Origin: Octopus sinensis
Lineage: Eukaryota
DNA length: 64,000 nt
Direction: 5' to 3'
Assembly (NCBI RefSeq): GCF_006345805.1
Contig: NC_043000.1
Coordinates: forward strand, 1,922,001 to 1,986,000
Under the pieces are notes generated by a model, which was not told the DNA's origin, made no database searches, and saw only the letters and a list, made by a program, of their open reading frames with translations. The position numbers and the translations under genes were made by a program. Numbering within the stretch: position 1 is the stretch's first letter; every line of letters begins with the position of its first letter. This document shows, piece after piece, positions 22,801 through 37,210 of the stretch.

Positions 22801-23894
22801 GTATGTATATATATATAAACCAGGGTATATGTCAGCCCAGTTGGAGAATCGCTTCTCTTGACCATACCAAGCACCATCAGTTGGTTTAAGCACTGTTTTG
22901 AGCAGAAAAATATCAAGACTATTGAAAATGTTCTCTTAAACAAATAGAAGCCCGTAGAAAAAAAATCTGCCTCTTTTTTTGAGTAAGGAGTCAGGAAAAT
23001 ATTAGCTGATAGAAAATATGTGAATATAATCATTCAGTAGACAAACTGATTGAATTTCGGTGAATGGCTGTGAAGATAAACAAATATTTGGATATAGTTA
23101 CCTTTTCTGTAGCTCCAAAATACCTTACCATCAATTGTTTTGTTTGTTCTTATTCATGGTAGCATTTTCATAACAGTTCTCACCAAAGAAGAACATAGAA
23201 AAAAGTTCCCAATTCAAATTTATAACTTTCTTACCATGGAAGAACATACAACTTAAGTTTCCAAATTTAGTGCAAATGTTGCTTTTTTACAATTTATCAT
23301 TGCTATTATGTATTATACAGTATTGCAAAAAAAAAAAAAAAAAACCCCAAATACCCAAACGCAATATATACATTCAGAGAATTGTTCTCTGGATAATCGC
23401 TGACATTTTAATATGTTGAAGTAAGACTGACATCAGAGTGCTGTTCACATATCTTGAATGGTGTTGTTACACATACAGACATCCTGGACTAGATCCACAA
23501 TTGTTTTCTCTTCAGATCTCAAAACTCTTTCACCCTATTCAGTTGCTGTCTCTTTTACAAAGCTCAAGTAAGTTCCACTGTGGAATATTGCTCAGATATT
23601 TTGGAGAATACTTCAGCTTCACATACAAACATTCTGGATTGCATTCAAAAGCAAACCATTTGTTAACTGGCAAAAATTCACTCAAAATAAGATGACAGAG
23701 ATGATGTTTCTTCTGGGTTTAAAAAAAATTTTTCCTGGCTTCTTTTGTTCTTTTGAGCTTGCTAGATGAATATCCCTCTCTCCTAGGTATCACTCTTTTT
23801 GTCCTTATAGTGTGTCAGTTTTTACATCCAACCACTAAACCGTTTTTCCAGTCTTCTGGCCTAACTGCAAGCCCTGAATTTATTAATAGTTTAA

Positions 23895-24113
23895 CCCTTT
23901 AGTATTTAAACCGGCCATATCCGGCCAAAATAACTAATCTGTTTTATGTTCAAACTGACCAGATCCAGGCTCTCACACCTACCCTACAATGTTATTCTAC
24001 ATTAAGTAATTACACCATCAAGATCTTGAAGATATGAGATAATGCATGATTAATTCAAATCAATATGAATCAATAAGCATTATGTTTGATAGGATAATCT
24101 GAACACTAAAGGG
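23895..24113. mobile_element. piggyBac-like MITE, family 1
   Basis: TTAA|CCCTTT...AAAGGG|TTAA. Confidence 0.8.
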
Positions 24114-25880
24114 TTAAAACATTAAAAGAAAACAAAGCAATTCATATTTTCATCTTTTAGATTTATTATTTTTCAGACTACACTTAACATTTCTAGGATG
24201 AAGAACCCACTTCTTTCTCTCAAACTCACATACCTGTAGGTATGAAACATAGATACCTGGCACATCCATCTCACACACATATCTAGGATACAGTATACAC
24301 TTCACACACATAGGCATATGTCTAGGATGCTGCACTCTACAGGCACACACACATTTATGACAAAATGTCTACACGCCGCTAGATTAGTACACACATACAC
24401 ATGCAATGAATTACCACAGTCACACATGCATATGCATCTAGAATGGAGTACCCACCTTATTTATGTTTACGTAGCAAACTGCATCTGAAATAAATCATCG
24501 ATTTGTGACTCTGAAATTTTATTCAGTAAAACTTTTGAAACCTATCCACAGTTTAACTTTTACTGTAGAAGATGTACATGTGTCGAAAAAAGCTATGGAA
24601 ACTGTCTCTGTGTTAAATTAACAAATAAATGAATTATATTTTTACCCAAATTAGTTTCTTGTTTGCTTAAGTATTTCAACTTTAGTAAAATATGAAATGG
24701 AAAAGACAAACTTTTCAATTTGATATGAGTAATTGTGTTAATTGTGTTACATTTTATACCAACGATAAAAGTTAATGACACGTTTAACAATGATTATAGA
24801 AAGAACAGAAATTCACATTTTTTCTTAACTGTCTTTCATAGGGTTCCACCTGCTTAACATTAGCAAGGATTGATTTTATGGTGGAGGGAATTTACTCTTT
24901 TACTTGTTTCAGTCATTTGACCGTGGCCATGCTGGAGCATTGATTTTTTTTTTTTAATAACTTCTATTCAGTCATTTGTTTTAAAATGACTATATTTAAA
25001 TTAAAACCATCTGTCATAATTTTATTTCTGAACCTTTTGCTACTATATAATGATTATTTTACTAAATTCTTAATCATTTCCAAAATTAATAGAAACAGCT
25101 AAGCATTGTTTTTGATTAGAAATATGGTTATGGGGGAATTAATTTATTACAGTATTATATTCCATATAAAGATGGAAATCTAGGCTATGACCATTTTCCA
25201 ATTTCATTAAATATGTGCAATCAATAAAACCAAAGACATTTTCCCACTCATTTATGTCCCATTTATTTCACTCCTGTGTGAAACTTTATTTTTCCTTAAA
25301 AAAATGATGTGAAAATTTGCTGAAAATTTTCTCTTTTGTGCTCCGACTTTTTTTCTAAATAAAGATTTAAGACTTGATTCATTCCTTTTGAAACCCATTT
25401 ATTTATGTGGATGGCTGTGTGAAGAAAAAGTTGAAAGATGAATGGTAGTCTTTTATATTTATTTAGTTTTTAAATCGCCTTTCCAGGGCATCTTTCAGAC
25501 TAGTCCATTCGGCATTCAGCTTCAATATCTGTTTTGGAAAATAAGGATGGGATAGAAATTCTAATGAATAACCAGCTTTGGGATGGAAGGAAGATAACTG
25601 GAAGCGAAAATGTTCAGTGTAGGTTCTAAGAGTTGAACAATACAGTACAGATCATGAAAAGAGAGACCTGTATATTGAGTGACTGAATAGAGAAGATGTG
25701 TAGTTTAAGTAATAGTATGAGGGACTGAGAAAGGAAAACATCTGTGAATTAGCTGTGTTGCTGAGTGAGTCTTTGCCAACCTGTAAAATATCTTTCTTTA
25801 GGATGTGTGTGTAGCAGTAGTATGAACAATATTGTATTGTGAGACCTACTTGATGTTTGTACAGTGATTAGAGCTAAAAA

Positions 25881-26231
25881 GGAGGCGCAATGGCCCAGTG
25901 GTTAGTGCAGCGGACTCGCGTTCGTAGGATCGCGGTTTCGATTCCCAGACCGGGTGTTGTGAGTGTTTATTGAGCGAAAACACCTAAAGCTCCACGAGGC
26001 TCCGGCAGGGGATGGTGGTGATCCCTGCTGTACTCTTTCATCACAACTTTCTCTCACTCTTACTTCCTGTTTCTGTTGTACCTGTATTTCAAAGGGCCAG
26101 CCTTGTCACGCTGAATATCCCCGAGAACTACGTTAAGGGTACATGTGTCTGTGGAGTGCTCAGCCACTTACATATTAATTTCACGAAGCAGTCTGTTCCG
26201 TTGATTCGGATCAACCGGAACCCTCATCGTC
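25881..26231 (+). mobile_element. SINE family A
   Basis: Family head and body. Confidence 0.85.
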
Positions 26232-26910
26232 TAAAGGGACTGTTTTGGCAAAGTTATAAATATGGAGTCATTTGTAAGAGATCATAGCAATTGAGAGAGT
26301 GTCTGTTTGATGGCTCTGTCGTTTTAGAAAAGAACACATTGGATAATGTGGTTTCGAGTTGCCTGAACATAGGAAAATGATGGGACGGCCATGGCTGAAA
26401 TACTTTTGCCCAAATGTCTGATCAGGACTGCTCTGGTGCTAAACAACAACATCTGAGAATGTAAGGCATAGAATTTGAAGTGATATGAAAGTTTTTGATG
26501 TGTAACAGTTCCTTGATATATCTAGAGCTTGTGTCTGGATATCGAAAGAGGTAAGGTCATCAATGTGGTTCTTACTTGAGGTTTGTATAGTTAACAACTG
26601 ATCTGGACTGAAGTATTTTCTGATCCAACCCTAAAGACAAATCTTTGTGATTCACTTTTGGCAATGTTTTATGCTGAGAACAGGGGATGGGAATCACTGT
26701 AAGAGATTATCAAAGATTAGGAGGCTTTGCATTTGTGACTGAATGTTTTAGTTTTATGTTGTTCATGATTAGAGAAAATGATTAGTAAAACTGTTAAGTC
26801 TGTCACAAGCCATTGGGCTTATTAAGCCCGAGCTTATCCTTGTTTCCATAGTGTATAATTAATGAAGGTTGTCTGTTGCAAAATTAATCTGGTACTCGTT
26901 TCCAGTTTGT

Positions 26911-27205
26911 GGAGGCGCAATGGCCCAGTGGTTAGGGCAGCGGACTCACAATTGGAGAATCGTGGTTTCAATTCCCAGATCGGGCGTTGTGTGTGTTTAT
27001 TGAGCGAAAACACCTAAAAGCTCCACGAGGCTCCGGCAGGGGATGGTGGCAACCCCTGTTGTACTCTTTTGCCACAACTTTCTTTCACTCTCTCTTCCTG
27101 TTTCTTGAGTAATGCTGCAATGGACTAGCATCTCATCCAGCTGGGGGAAACACATACGCCACAGAAACCGGGCCCATGAGCCTGGCTAAGCTCGAAAAGG
27201 GCAAG
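26911..27205 (+). mobile_element. SINE family A head with a different 3' body
   Basis: Same tRNA-like head and first about 170 bp, then diverges (TTGAGTAATGCTGCAATGGAC...). Confidence 0.65.
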
Positions 27206-27996
27206 AAAAAGAAATTTCCAGTTTAGTTGACTGGAGAACCAGAAATGAAGCATTTTGCTCAAGAATACAATGCACTGCTCAGTTTGGGAATTGAAACCAC
27301 AACCTTATGATTGTGAGTCAAATGCACTAACTGCTGTTGTCTTTATCACTGACTATATTACAAGAATACAGACAATTAGTTGATTTCAGGTTTATACTGT
27401 GGAGAATATTTTGTTGTATATTATCGCCTCCTCTTGGCACAAAGGACAGAGATGTGAGTAAAGGTGGACAGGATGGCCAAGTGGAAAAGATAAATGAACT
27501 ACCAGGTTCTTATAAGTTTTAGAATTTGTTTTGTGTTGAATCACTGCTTTTGGATCTGGTCCATGTGTTTTTCTGTGAAGAATGCAGATGTTACCATGTG
27601 ATTAGAAGTTTGTTTTCCAACCACATGGTTCCAGGTTTAGTCCCACAGTATAGCACCTTGGGCAAGTGTTTTCTACTATAACCCAGGTCTAAGCAAAGTC
27701 TTGTGAGTGGATTTGTTAGATGGAAACTGGAAGAAGTCCATTGTATATATAATTTGTAGATGATTAAATAAATGACAAAGGAACAAGAAATTATGTAATG
27801 AACTTAGGCTATAAGTTGCAGTGCTTGTGTAACACTCTATAGCTTTGCTGAAGCTTCAAAAAAATTAATGTGTGTGTGATTTGTGTAATAGTGGTGTATG
27901 AGTGTCACTTTCATACAAAGCAGTGTCATTCATTTCCAGTATTCTGCAAGAAAATCTACCTCAAATAAACTCTTCCTACCCCTGCAGACATGGAAA

Positions 27997-28360
27997 ATCA
28001 TCATCATCATCATTGTTATTGTTTAACGTCTGTTTCCCATACTGGCTTAGGTTGGATGGTTTGACTGGGGACTGGCAAGCTAGTAGGCTGCACCAGGCTG
28101 ATTTGGCAAGCTTTCTACAGCTGGATGCCCTTCCTAATGCCAGACGTTAAATGAAGATGATGATGATGATCATCATCATCATCATTTAACGTCTGTTTTC
28201 CATGCTAGCATGGGTTGGACGGTTCGACCGGGGTCTGGGAAGCCAGGAGGCTGCACCAGGCTCTAGTCTGATTTGGCAGTGTTTCTACAGCTGGATGCCC
28301 TTCCTAATGCCAACCACTCCATGAGTGTAGTGGGTGTTTTTTACATGATGATGATGATGA
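27997..28360 (-). mobile_element. Two RTE 3' UTR repeats joined by a small fold-back
   Basis: Palindromic junction CAGACGTTAAATGAAGATGAT..ATCATCATTTAACGTCTG at about 28141-28196. Confidence 0.7.
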
Positions 28361-29258
28361 ATATACATTGTTTGACAAGTATTTATGTTGTGACAAAGAA
28401 GAAATCTCAACGTCTTTTCTGATATTATTTTATTCAGTATATTCACTCATTTTAAAGACAAGATGGTTCTCAGATGGTGTATCAACAAATAAGGTTTTGA
28501 AGAAAGGTGATTACTGAGTACTGACTGCCTGGTCAGCATGAAAACTTGGAGTAACAGTTAGAATGGAACAGTAGTCACTTCTAGTAATAAAAATAAACGT
28601 TTAAACTATCTATATCTACTATATGTGTCGGATTATATGTTATGATTAACACTGAATGTTTGCATGTGATAAAGATGTTTGTAAGACTACATGAAAAGTG
28701 AGTTTATCTGATTGAATTAAGAATTAAAGATGTAATTTAATGACTTGAACATTTAAGAACTTGAATAAAATAACTGTATTGACTGAAACGTTGATAAACT
28801 TTGGAAAGCCACTGAGAGCAACATCCAGGAAACTGAATGTAGTTCCAAGATAAAAGAGTTTTTTTAAATTTCTTTTTAATGGAAAATTCTTAATGGAAAA
28901 TATGTATGAAAAGTAACATTTCAAATGGGTAACAGGTAAAATGAAAAAAAAATCTTATAATTGTGTGAGTGAAGGCATGTTTAAATCAATATGTATAGAA
29001 TGATTAAAGCTGAGAGTTCATATGATAAATATATGTGTATCTATATATGTTGATATATGTGTGCGTGTGTGTGTGTGTGTATACACACACATAACAACAA
29101 CAAAGATAGAGAAAGGTATACTAAATACCATACAAGAGAAATTTATTGGAAATATCTTTGCTTCCAGAGAAAGTAATGAAATGCCTTGTGACAATAGTAA
29201 CTGACTCCAAATGAGAAGGAAAGATGATTTCAAGAATCAAGAATTGTTATATCATTAA

Positions 29259-29469
29259 CCCTTTAGGATTTAATCCGGCCCAAATAATCCATTTGTTTTA
29301 TGTTAAAACTGTCTGGATCCAACCTCTCACACCTACCCTACAATGTCCTTTTAAAAATATATAGCCACACCATTTATATTTTGAAGCTGCAAAATAATAT
29401 GTGATTAATTCAAAAACAGTATGGATAAATAAGCAATAAATTTCACAAAGAAATCTGAATGCTAAAGGG
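29259..29469. mobile_element. piggyBac-like MITE, family 1
   Basis: TTAA flanks and CCCTTTAG/CTAAAGGG termini. Confidence 0.8.
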
Positions 29470-29687
29470 TTAAGGGAAAGATGCTATTTTCATCCTGGAG
29501 ACAAGAGGACAACTGTTGGCACATTTGTTTCTCATTGGCCATCAGCAACACAGAAGTTGTCCTATCTTGACTGCAGCCATGAATGCAACTTAGACATCAA
29601 TAAATAAAGAATTCATTTTGTACGTTATTTGGTACACCTTTGTTGTTATTGTGCAAATTTATGCCACTGGTCATTCTGATTTGTTTA

Positions 29688-30068
29688 CTCTTTTACTTGT
29701 TTCAGTCATTTGACTGCGGCCATGCTGGAGCACCACCTTTAGTCGAGCAAATCGACCCAAGGACTTATTCTTTGTAAGCCCAGTACTTATTCTATCGGTC
29801 TCTTTTTGCCGAACCGCTAAGTGACGGGGACGTAAACACACCAGCATCGGTTGTCAAGCAATGCTAGGGGGACAAACACACACACATATATATATACATA
29901 TATACAACAGGCTTCTTTCAGTTTCTGTCTACCAAATCCACTCACAAGGAATTGGTCGGCCCGGGGCTATAGCAGAAGACACTTGCCCAAGATGCCACGC
30001 AGTGGGACTGAACCCGGAACCATGTGGTTGGTTAGCAAGCTACTTACCACACAGCCACTCCTGCGCCT
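29688..30068 (-). mobile_element. SINE family B
   Basis: Full head and tail. Confidence 0.85.
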
Positions 30069-31029
30069 ATGTTTGTCTCAGTTCATTTTCATTTTAACTA
30101 TGTTAACAATGGTTACCTTTGCCCATAAATGTTCTCTACTGTTTTTAGATATTGCATTTGTTGATGAAATGAACAGATTATACAATAATGAACAAAATTC
30201 TTGAAATGTGATTTTGCACACTTTAAATTTGCATTGACAGACGATGCTTAAGAATGCATATGCAAATGTGAGGGAACAAGGTATCAACCTGCAATTTATG
30301 TTGGTCTATCAGGTAATTACCACAGTAATTACAAGGACATATGGATCATCACAATCATCTTTGTATTAATGTTCATGTTTGCATGGGTTAGGCAGATTTA
30401 TTTGCGGAAGATTTTCTACAGCCAGATGCTCTCCCTGTTGCCAATCCTTACATGTTACGAAGCAACGTAATATTTCCCCATAGCCAGACATGTTTTCATG
30501 GAAAATTGGAAACAAATGGCACTGTTTATATGACAGCTAAACTCACAACTATCATACAATGTCAAGGCAAGCAGACATACATATATATGATAGTCTGCTT
30601 TCAGTCTTCATCTACCAAATTCAGTCACGAGGCTTTTGGTTGGCCATATGCTATAGTACAAGACATTTGCCCTATGTGCCATGCAGTGGGACTGAACCCG
30701 AAACCACATGGCTGGTAAGCAAAGTTCTTAATTACACAACTAATAACCCTTGTAGGAAACAAACCAAAGTGAGAATCATTCCTAGTTGAAGTTATCTGAT
30801 AAAATATGCCACTGAAATTGAAATGTTAACCTAAGTTTTGTATTGCCTTATAATTATTGGTGTGTTCTAACTTAGTGCATTGCATGGAAAGTTGAAATGC
30901 TTAGATTTGGGTCACAAAAACTACTTTTTTTTCAGGAACCTGCTCAAGCCTCTTGTGATGACTAAGAAAGTCAAGGATTACTAAAAGTAATGCTTAAGAT
31001 GTGTGTATTGGATATCACCAATTTTCTTT

Positions 31030-31393
31030 TTTCTTTTATTTGTTTCAGTCATTTGACTGGCCATGCTGGAGCACTGCCTTTAGACCCCAGGACTTATTCT
31101 TTGTAAGCCTAGTACTTATTCTATCGGTCACTCTTGCCGAACCGCTAAGTGACGGGGACATAAACACACCAGCATCGGTTGTCAAACGATGCTGGGGTGA
31201 CAAACACAGACACACATATATATATATATACGACGGGCTTCTTTCAGTTTCTGTCTACCAAATCCACTCACAAGGCTTTGTTTGGCCCGAGGCTATAGTA
31301 GAAGACACTTGCCCAAGGTGCCACACAGTGGAACTGAACCCGGAACCATGTGGTTAGTAAGGAAGCTACTTACCACACAGCCACTCCTGCGCC
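31030..31393 (-). mobile_element. SINE family B
   Basis: Full head and tail. Confidence 0.8.
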
Positions 31394-32009
31394 ATTGTAA
31401 TGGTTTAGATATAAAATTTGATTATTATTGGTAGATTGGCATAAAGTTTGGTGGAGGCTTCACATGACAAGTTGAGAAGGCTGCATGTTGGTAATTTCTG
31501 GATTCTTGAAATAAATTAACATCTCCATTGATGTCTTATGTTGGCTCTTTACTGATTGCATAGTACTTATATAAATTCCTCATTTCAGAAATACAGAATT
31601 GTATTATCCAATTCGTATGGAGTTGACATAAGACATCAAAGATTTATAAACCTTAAAAATTCACTCTAATACTGCCTATGGGCATAGCGTAGTAGATAAA
31701 GGCTCTGAAAAGCAGTGCAATCATGTAGAGGCTCTGAGTTCAATCTCAGGCAAGGTACTAAAGCGAATCACAAGACGCCAAAATGTAGTGAAAACAACAA
31801 TCAAGATAAGGACACCACTTTTATTCAATCGTTAGCAATTTTAATTACACTCTTATTTGAGTTGGAAGATTACAAATGCTAGTCTGTTTGAGAATTTCTG
31901 GTTGTTGTTGAACATGGTTCACTAAGTTAATATGAAAGGAGGCAGATAGTAATAAAGCTCATGAGAGATTTGCCATTGATAAGTTGGTTGATAGAAAAAA
32001 AGAGTGAGA

Positions 32010-32590
32010 AAGGCGGCGAGCTGGCAGAAACGTTAACGCGCCGGGCGAAATGATTAGCAGTATTTCGTCTACCATTACGTTCTGAGTTCAAATTCCGCCG
32101 AGGTCGACTTTACCTTTCATCCTTTCGGGGTCGATAAATTAAGTACCAGTTACGCACTGGGGTCGATGTAATCGACTTAATACCTATGTCTGTCGTTGTT
32201 TGTCCCCTCTATGTTTAGCCCCTTGTGGGTAATAAAGAAATAGGTATTTCATCTGTCTTTAGGTTCTGAGTTCAAATTCTGCAGAGGTTGACTTTACCTT
32301 TCATCCTTTCGGGGTCGATAAATTAAGTACCAGTTACGCACTGGGGTCGATGTAATCGACTTAATACCTATGTCTGTCGTTGTTTGTCCCCTCTATGTTT
32401 AGCCCCTTGTGGGTAATAAAGAAATAGGTATTTCATCTGTCTTTAGGTTCTGAGTTCAAATTCTGCAGAGGTTGACTTTACCTTTTATCCTTTTGGGGTT
32501 GATAAATTAAGTACCAGTTGTGTACTAGGGTCAATCTAATCAGCTGGCCCCCTCCCCAAAAATCTCGGGCCTTATGCCTAGAGTAGAAAA
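32010..32590 (+). repeat. SINE family C head followed by a tandem body array (184-bp period)
   Basis: Head GGCGAGCTGGCAGAAACG; TTCTGAGTTCAAATTC at 32080, 32264 and 32448. Confidence 0.85.
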
Positions 32591-32794
32591 GAAAAAAAGC
32601 ATGAGAGAAATTACTGCTCTGAAAGTTGCAAAGTAGAGAGGGTAAGATGGGACATGTTACAACCACCAAACAATGAGCAAGAGACAGTAACTCTCTGACA
32701 GTGCTGAAGAAAGAAGGGATATTTTGTTAGAAATGTCTTGTTTTTATATTTGATCTAAACTAAGAATCGTCTATCTACGACGATTTCATCTAAA

Positions 32795-32993
32795 TCGAAG
32801 GAGAGGGGCTTTCTCCGTCCCGGTTGCGGATCCGTGGAATAAGCTGCCGGACGAGATAGTGAAGATGCTGACGACTGCTCGGTTCAAAGTCTCTCTTGAC
32901 CAGAAATGGCCTGAACTCTTTGTATGACCACCCTCCCTGTCCCCCTATATGGCCTTGCTTTTGCTTTTTGAGCCAATAAAAATTGATTGATTA
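32795..32993 (+). mobile_element. Second CR1-like family, short 3' fragment
   Basis: FSVPVADPWNKLPDEIV..FKVSLD; AATAAA and an (ATTG)n tail. Confidence 0.7.
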
Positions 32994-33344
32994 AAGAAAT
33001 AGGTCTGTATAACAATGAAAATTTGGTGAGTTATCTGGGTTGAACTGAATGTTACCAAAGACGGTAAGTAATATGACAAAAGACACACATATGTTCTGAG
33101 TGCAAACTCTGAGAATACTGGGAACTAATATGCTAGAGATTTCAGATCAAAGTTTCACTTCCAGGTTGAGAATTCAGTGTCTATTTGCTGCTCTATTTTA
33201 AATTTGTTGTAGGCATTGATGTGATGAAACAGATGATGCAGATTTATTAATGTAACTAATTTTTGTAAATAAACTATTTTATGAAATGTATTCGTCAACA
33301 TCAAAATAAAAATTCAAATGGAAATTGTAGTTAAGACACCCATG

Positions 33345-34762
33345 CCGGTGACACGTAAAAAGCATCGTCCGAACGTGGCAGATACTAGCATCGCCTGACT
33401 AGCGTCCGTGTCGGTGACACGTAAAAGCACCAACCAATCGTGGCTGTTTGCCAGCCTGCTCTGGCTCCTGTGCCGGTGGCACGTAAAAAGCACCCATTAC
33501 ACTCATGGAGTGGTTGGCATTAGGAAGGGCATCCAGCTGTAGAAACACTGCCAAATCAGACTAGAGCCATGGCTTACCAGACCCCGGTCGAACCGTCCAA
33601 CCCATGCTAGCATGGAAAACGGACGTTAAATGATGATGATGATGATCACCTTCCCATATATGCATGCACAAATGAATAGAAATAGTGTAGTTAATGCAGA
33701 GATTGAATAGCCTGAAGTTTTTGAATGTAGCCAGATAGATGAGAAGGAAGTAGATTCCTGTAGTGTTGCAGTCCATGAAATAAAAAAAAAACTTCATGTT
33801 ATTTGATATAAGACTTATGAAGTGGGCCTGAGATGAGAAGGGGTTACAGTTAAGCCCCACTAGAACTCAATGAGAGGCATGAACAAATGCATCCCAGCCT
33901 TGACTATACTATTTCTCTTTCAGTAGTACAGGACTACATAATCTAGTGTGACTTTTTTTTTTTAGCGCCGCCTTGGCTGGCACGTTAAAAGCTCCAACCG
34001 ATCGTGACCGATGCCAGACCCCCCCTGGCACCTGTGCAGGTGGCACGTAAAAAGCACCCACTACACTCGCGGAGTGGTTGGCGTTAGGAAGGGCATCCAG
34101 CCGTAGAAACTCTGCCAGATCAGACTGGAGCCTGGAGCAGGCCCTGGCTTCCCAGACCCCGGTTGAACCGTCCAACCCATGCTACCACGGAAAACGGACG
34201 TTAAACGATGATGATGATGATGACAGTAGTATATAATATAAAGAAGATCGGGTTACTATTTCTATCAAATTGAGCGAATATGTAGAGCTCTCCCATGTCT
34301 CATTAAGATGTAGGTGTATTAGGTATTGTATTTACTGATGCATAAGGCATGCTTTTTCTATTTCTAAAGTACCATAAAATTGTCCAGCATCTTATGCAGT
34401 TACATCATGGGAGGCCAAGCCCAGAGGCTAGTAATAAAATATTAAGAATGTGGCACATAAAAAACACCATCCGAGCGTGGCCGTCTGCCAGCCTTGTCTG
34501 GCACCTGTGTCGGTGGCACATAAAAAAAAAACACCATCCGAGTGTGGCCGTTCGCCAGCCTCGTCTGGCACCTGTGTCGGTGGCACATAAAAGCACCCAC
34601 TACACTCTCGGAGTGGTTGGCGTGAGGAAGGGCATCCAGCTGTAGAAACACTGCCAGATCTGACTGGGCCTGACGAAGCCTTCCAGCTTCACAGACCCCA
34701 GTTGAACCGTCCAACCCATGCTAGCATGGAAAGCGGACGTTAAATGATGATGATGATGATGA
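33345..34762 (+). mobile_element. Three RTE 3' UTR-derived repeats (about 33345-33648, 33975-34222, 34450-34762)
   Basis: Each ends GGACGTTAAA(C/T)GATGATGAT. Confidence 0.8.
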
Positions 34763-35349
34763 AACCAAATTATCATGGTCTGTTACCACAGTCTTACAAA
34801 AATTTGCTTATGGCAGTTTTGTATGGAGGTCATATCCTCTCTCTCTGTATCTTATAACGCTCCATAAAAACCTACATGTGATATACATCTGACTTTATTC
34901 AGTGACTATGTTACCTTTAAGAAACATCTATTAATTATCTAAATAATTCTATAAAGATGAAAGGGATGTGAAATTTTCATCATCCTCCAGTCGACTATTT
35001 GTAATTAAGTGAATGACAACAAAACGATAGTGGTGGTCAGTTGTGGTTACACAAAACATTACAACCAGAAATAAGAGTTTCATATCTTGTATGGTAATTC
35101 TCTTGACCAAAATATAAATAACTATACAGTTGGTCTGAAAAAAGATAGAGCTAAGATACATTACTCCCACAATATAGCTTCACATTCTTTGTTTAATGTC
35201 TGTTTTCCAGGCTGGTATGAGTCATACAGTATGACAGGAGCTGACCAACCAGGGAGCTGCACCAGGCTCCAACAGTCTGTTTTGGTATGGTCTCTGGCTG
35301 GATGCCCTTCCTAACATCAACCACTTTACAGAGTGTACTGGGTTATATT

Positions 35350-35925
35350 TTCAACCCCTTCCTCCTCTTCCCATTGTTTCTGTTTGTAATTTTAAAACAC
35401 TGGAGAGCCTGAGAAGGTCATTTCTAGGATTTTAAATCCAGTGATTAAAAAAGAGGTATGCAAAAGATAATTTATTGCCAAATTTATTTTAATAACAACC
35501 TACTTTTCTGTTAGTTTATATATTTTTTCTTACACACGCTCATACACGGACTCGTTTGATTCGGGGATAGAAATTTAAATTTCAATATTTTTTCTTACTT
35601 ATAGCCCAGCAATGGACCACGCGTGTGTTACTTCTGCATCATCATTCCATAAAATGGGTTTATGGGAGAAAATATTAAGATGGTCGTGGAATGTGCTAGA
35701 AATAACAGCAAAGCCTCCTTTACATCACAAACCTTTTCGTCTGAAAATATTTACAATTTGTTTTCTTTTACCGAAAATGCTTCTCCCACAGTTTTTAAGT
35801 GCAGAGTACAAAAAAAAAAACCGGCTAAAATCGGTCCCTAGAGATCGCTGGGTAAAAGTTAGGAAAAGTATAAAATTTTCAAAATTTATTTTGTTTTTGT
35901 ATTTGGTTTGCAAGATTCTTTTATG
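35350..35925. repeat. Interspersed repeat, direct copy of about 37709-38285
   Basis: About 570 bp of high similarity read directly. Confidence 0.8.
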
Positions 35926-36367
35926 TGGCACTGGCATAAGTGCTTTTACATGACACTGACACTAATATGGGTGTCTTTTAAGTGGCACTAAAATGGGTGC
36001 TTTTCTACATAGCACTAACACCCACAAGCTCACAAGACAAGGACTGCTTGGCGGAGGACAGGGAGTGGGAGGTATTCCTCCCACTCCCTGTAAACATAGA
36101 TGGCCATGATTTTACTTAGCTTGATGTATCTTCTCAAGTATAGCAAATTGTCAGAAGTTTCAGTCCCTTGGCATCTTCTCATACTTCTTGTATACTGTTA
36201 CAATATTGCATTTACATGCACAGAATCAGACCACTTGCCTTTTCAATAAGTACATGAGAACACTACTAAAATTGCCTTTTTCCACAAAATATCCTAGTGA
36301 AATAAGAGTATGTCAATAATGGCAAATACAGTTTGTTGATGTATATACTTTGTTGACTGTTTAAATA

Positions 36368-36745
36368 TCATCATCATTCATCATTGTTCGACTGTGGTCG
36401 AGACAATGGAATTTACCATGCTACGCCAGACTTCACGGTCCATCATGGCATTACGGAGGTCCTGTTGCTGGATGCCTGTATCCCTGGAGATTACATCAGG
36501 GTAGGAGAGTGTGCGCCCTCTGGTATTGCGAGTAGATGGCTTCCAGAGGAGAAGAGTAGAAATTACTTCTTTTTCAGCTCTACAACAATGTCCAGCAAAC
36601 TGGACTCTCCTACCTTTCACAAGAGATGACACAGGTGGTAGTTTCCCATATATTTGCATTTTGGTTGGATGGCGCTTCCACGAGAGATTTTGAGCTCTCA
36701 TAAGGAGGCAAGTGTAGGTTCCATCCAACCGCCTCTCAAGCTTCT
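36368..36745 (-). mobile_element. RTE-clade LINE family 2, 3' fragment
   Basis: LDGTYTCLLMRAQNLSW..RRVQFAGHC..MMDREVW; (TGA)n tail; matches 61597-61996. Confidence 0.8.
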
Positions 36746-36821
36746 TTAAATATACACCAATTAGAGAGGGTCACTGTAGATATAATATTAAATTATCTGT
36801 CACAGAACTGTTTCAGTGCTC

Positions 36822-37210
36822 TCTTTACTCTTTTACTTGTTTCGGTCATTTGACTGTGGCCATGCTGGAGCACAGCCTTTAGTCAAGCAAATCAACCCCA
36901 AGACTTATTCTTTGTAAGCCTAGTACTTATTCTATCGGTCTCTTATGCTGAACCACTAAGTGACGGGGGCGTAAACACACCAGCATCAGTTGTCAAGCGA
37001 TGTTGGGAGGACAAACACAGACACAAACGTATACACACACATACATATATATGATGGGCTTCTTTCAGTTTCCGTTTACCAAATCCGTTCACAAGGCTTT
37101 GGTCGGCCCAAGTCTATAGTAGAAGACATTTGCCGAAGGTGTCACACAGTGGGACTGAACCTGGAACCATGTGGTTCATAAGCAAGCTACTTACCACACA
37201 GCCACTCCTT
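36822..37210 (-). mobile_element. SINE family B
   Basis: Family match. Confidence 0.8.

Noticed and set aside
23380-23880. Possible minus-strand exon (KKHHLCHLILSEF...)
   Set aside because: Only about 58 codons are open, with no recognisable homology and no partner exons found; needs RNA-seq.
25881-25955. tRNA genes at the SINE heads
   Set aside because: A/B boxes are present but the sequences continue into SINE bodies and lack a complete cloverleaf or terminator.
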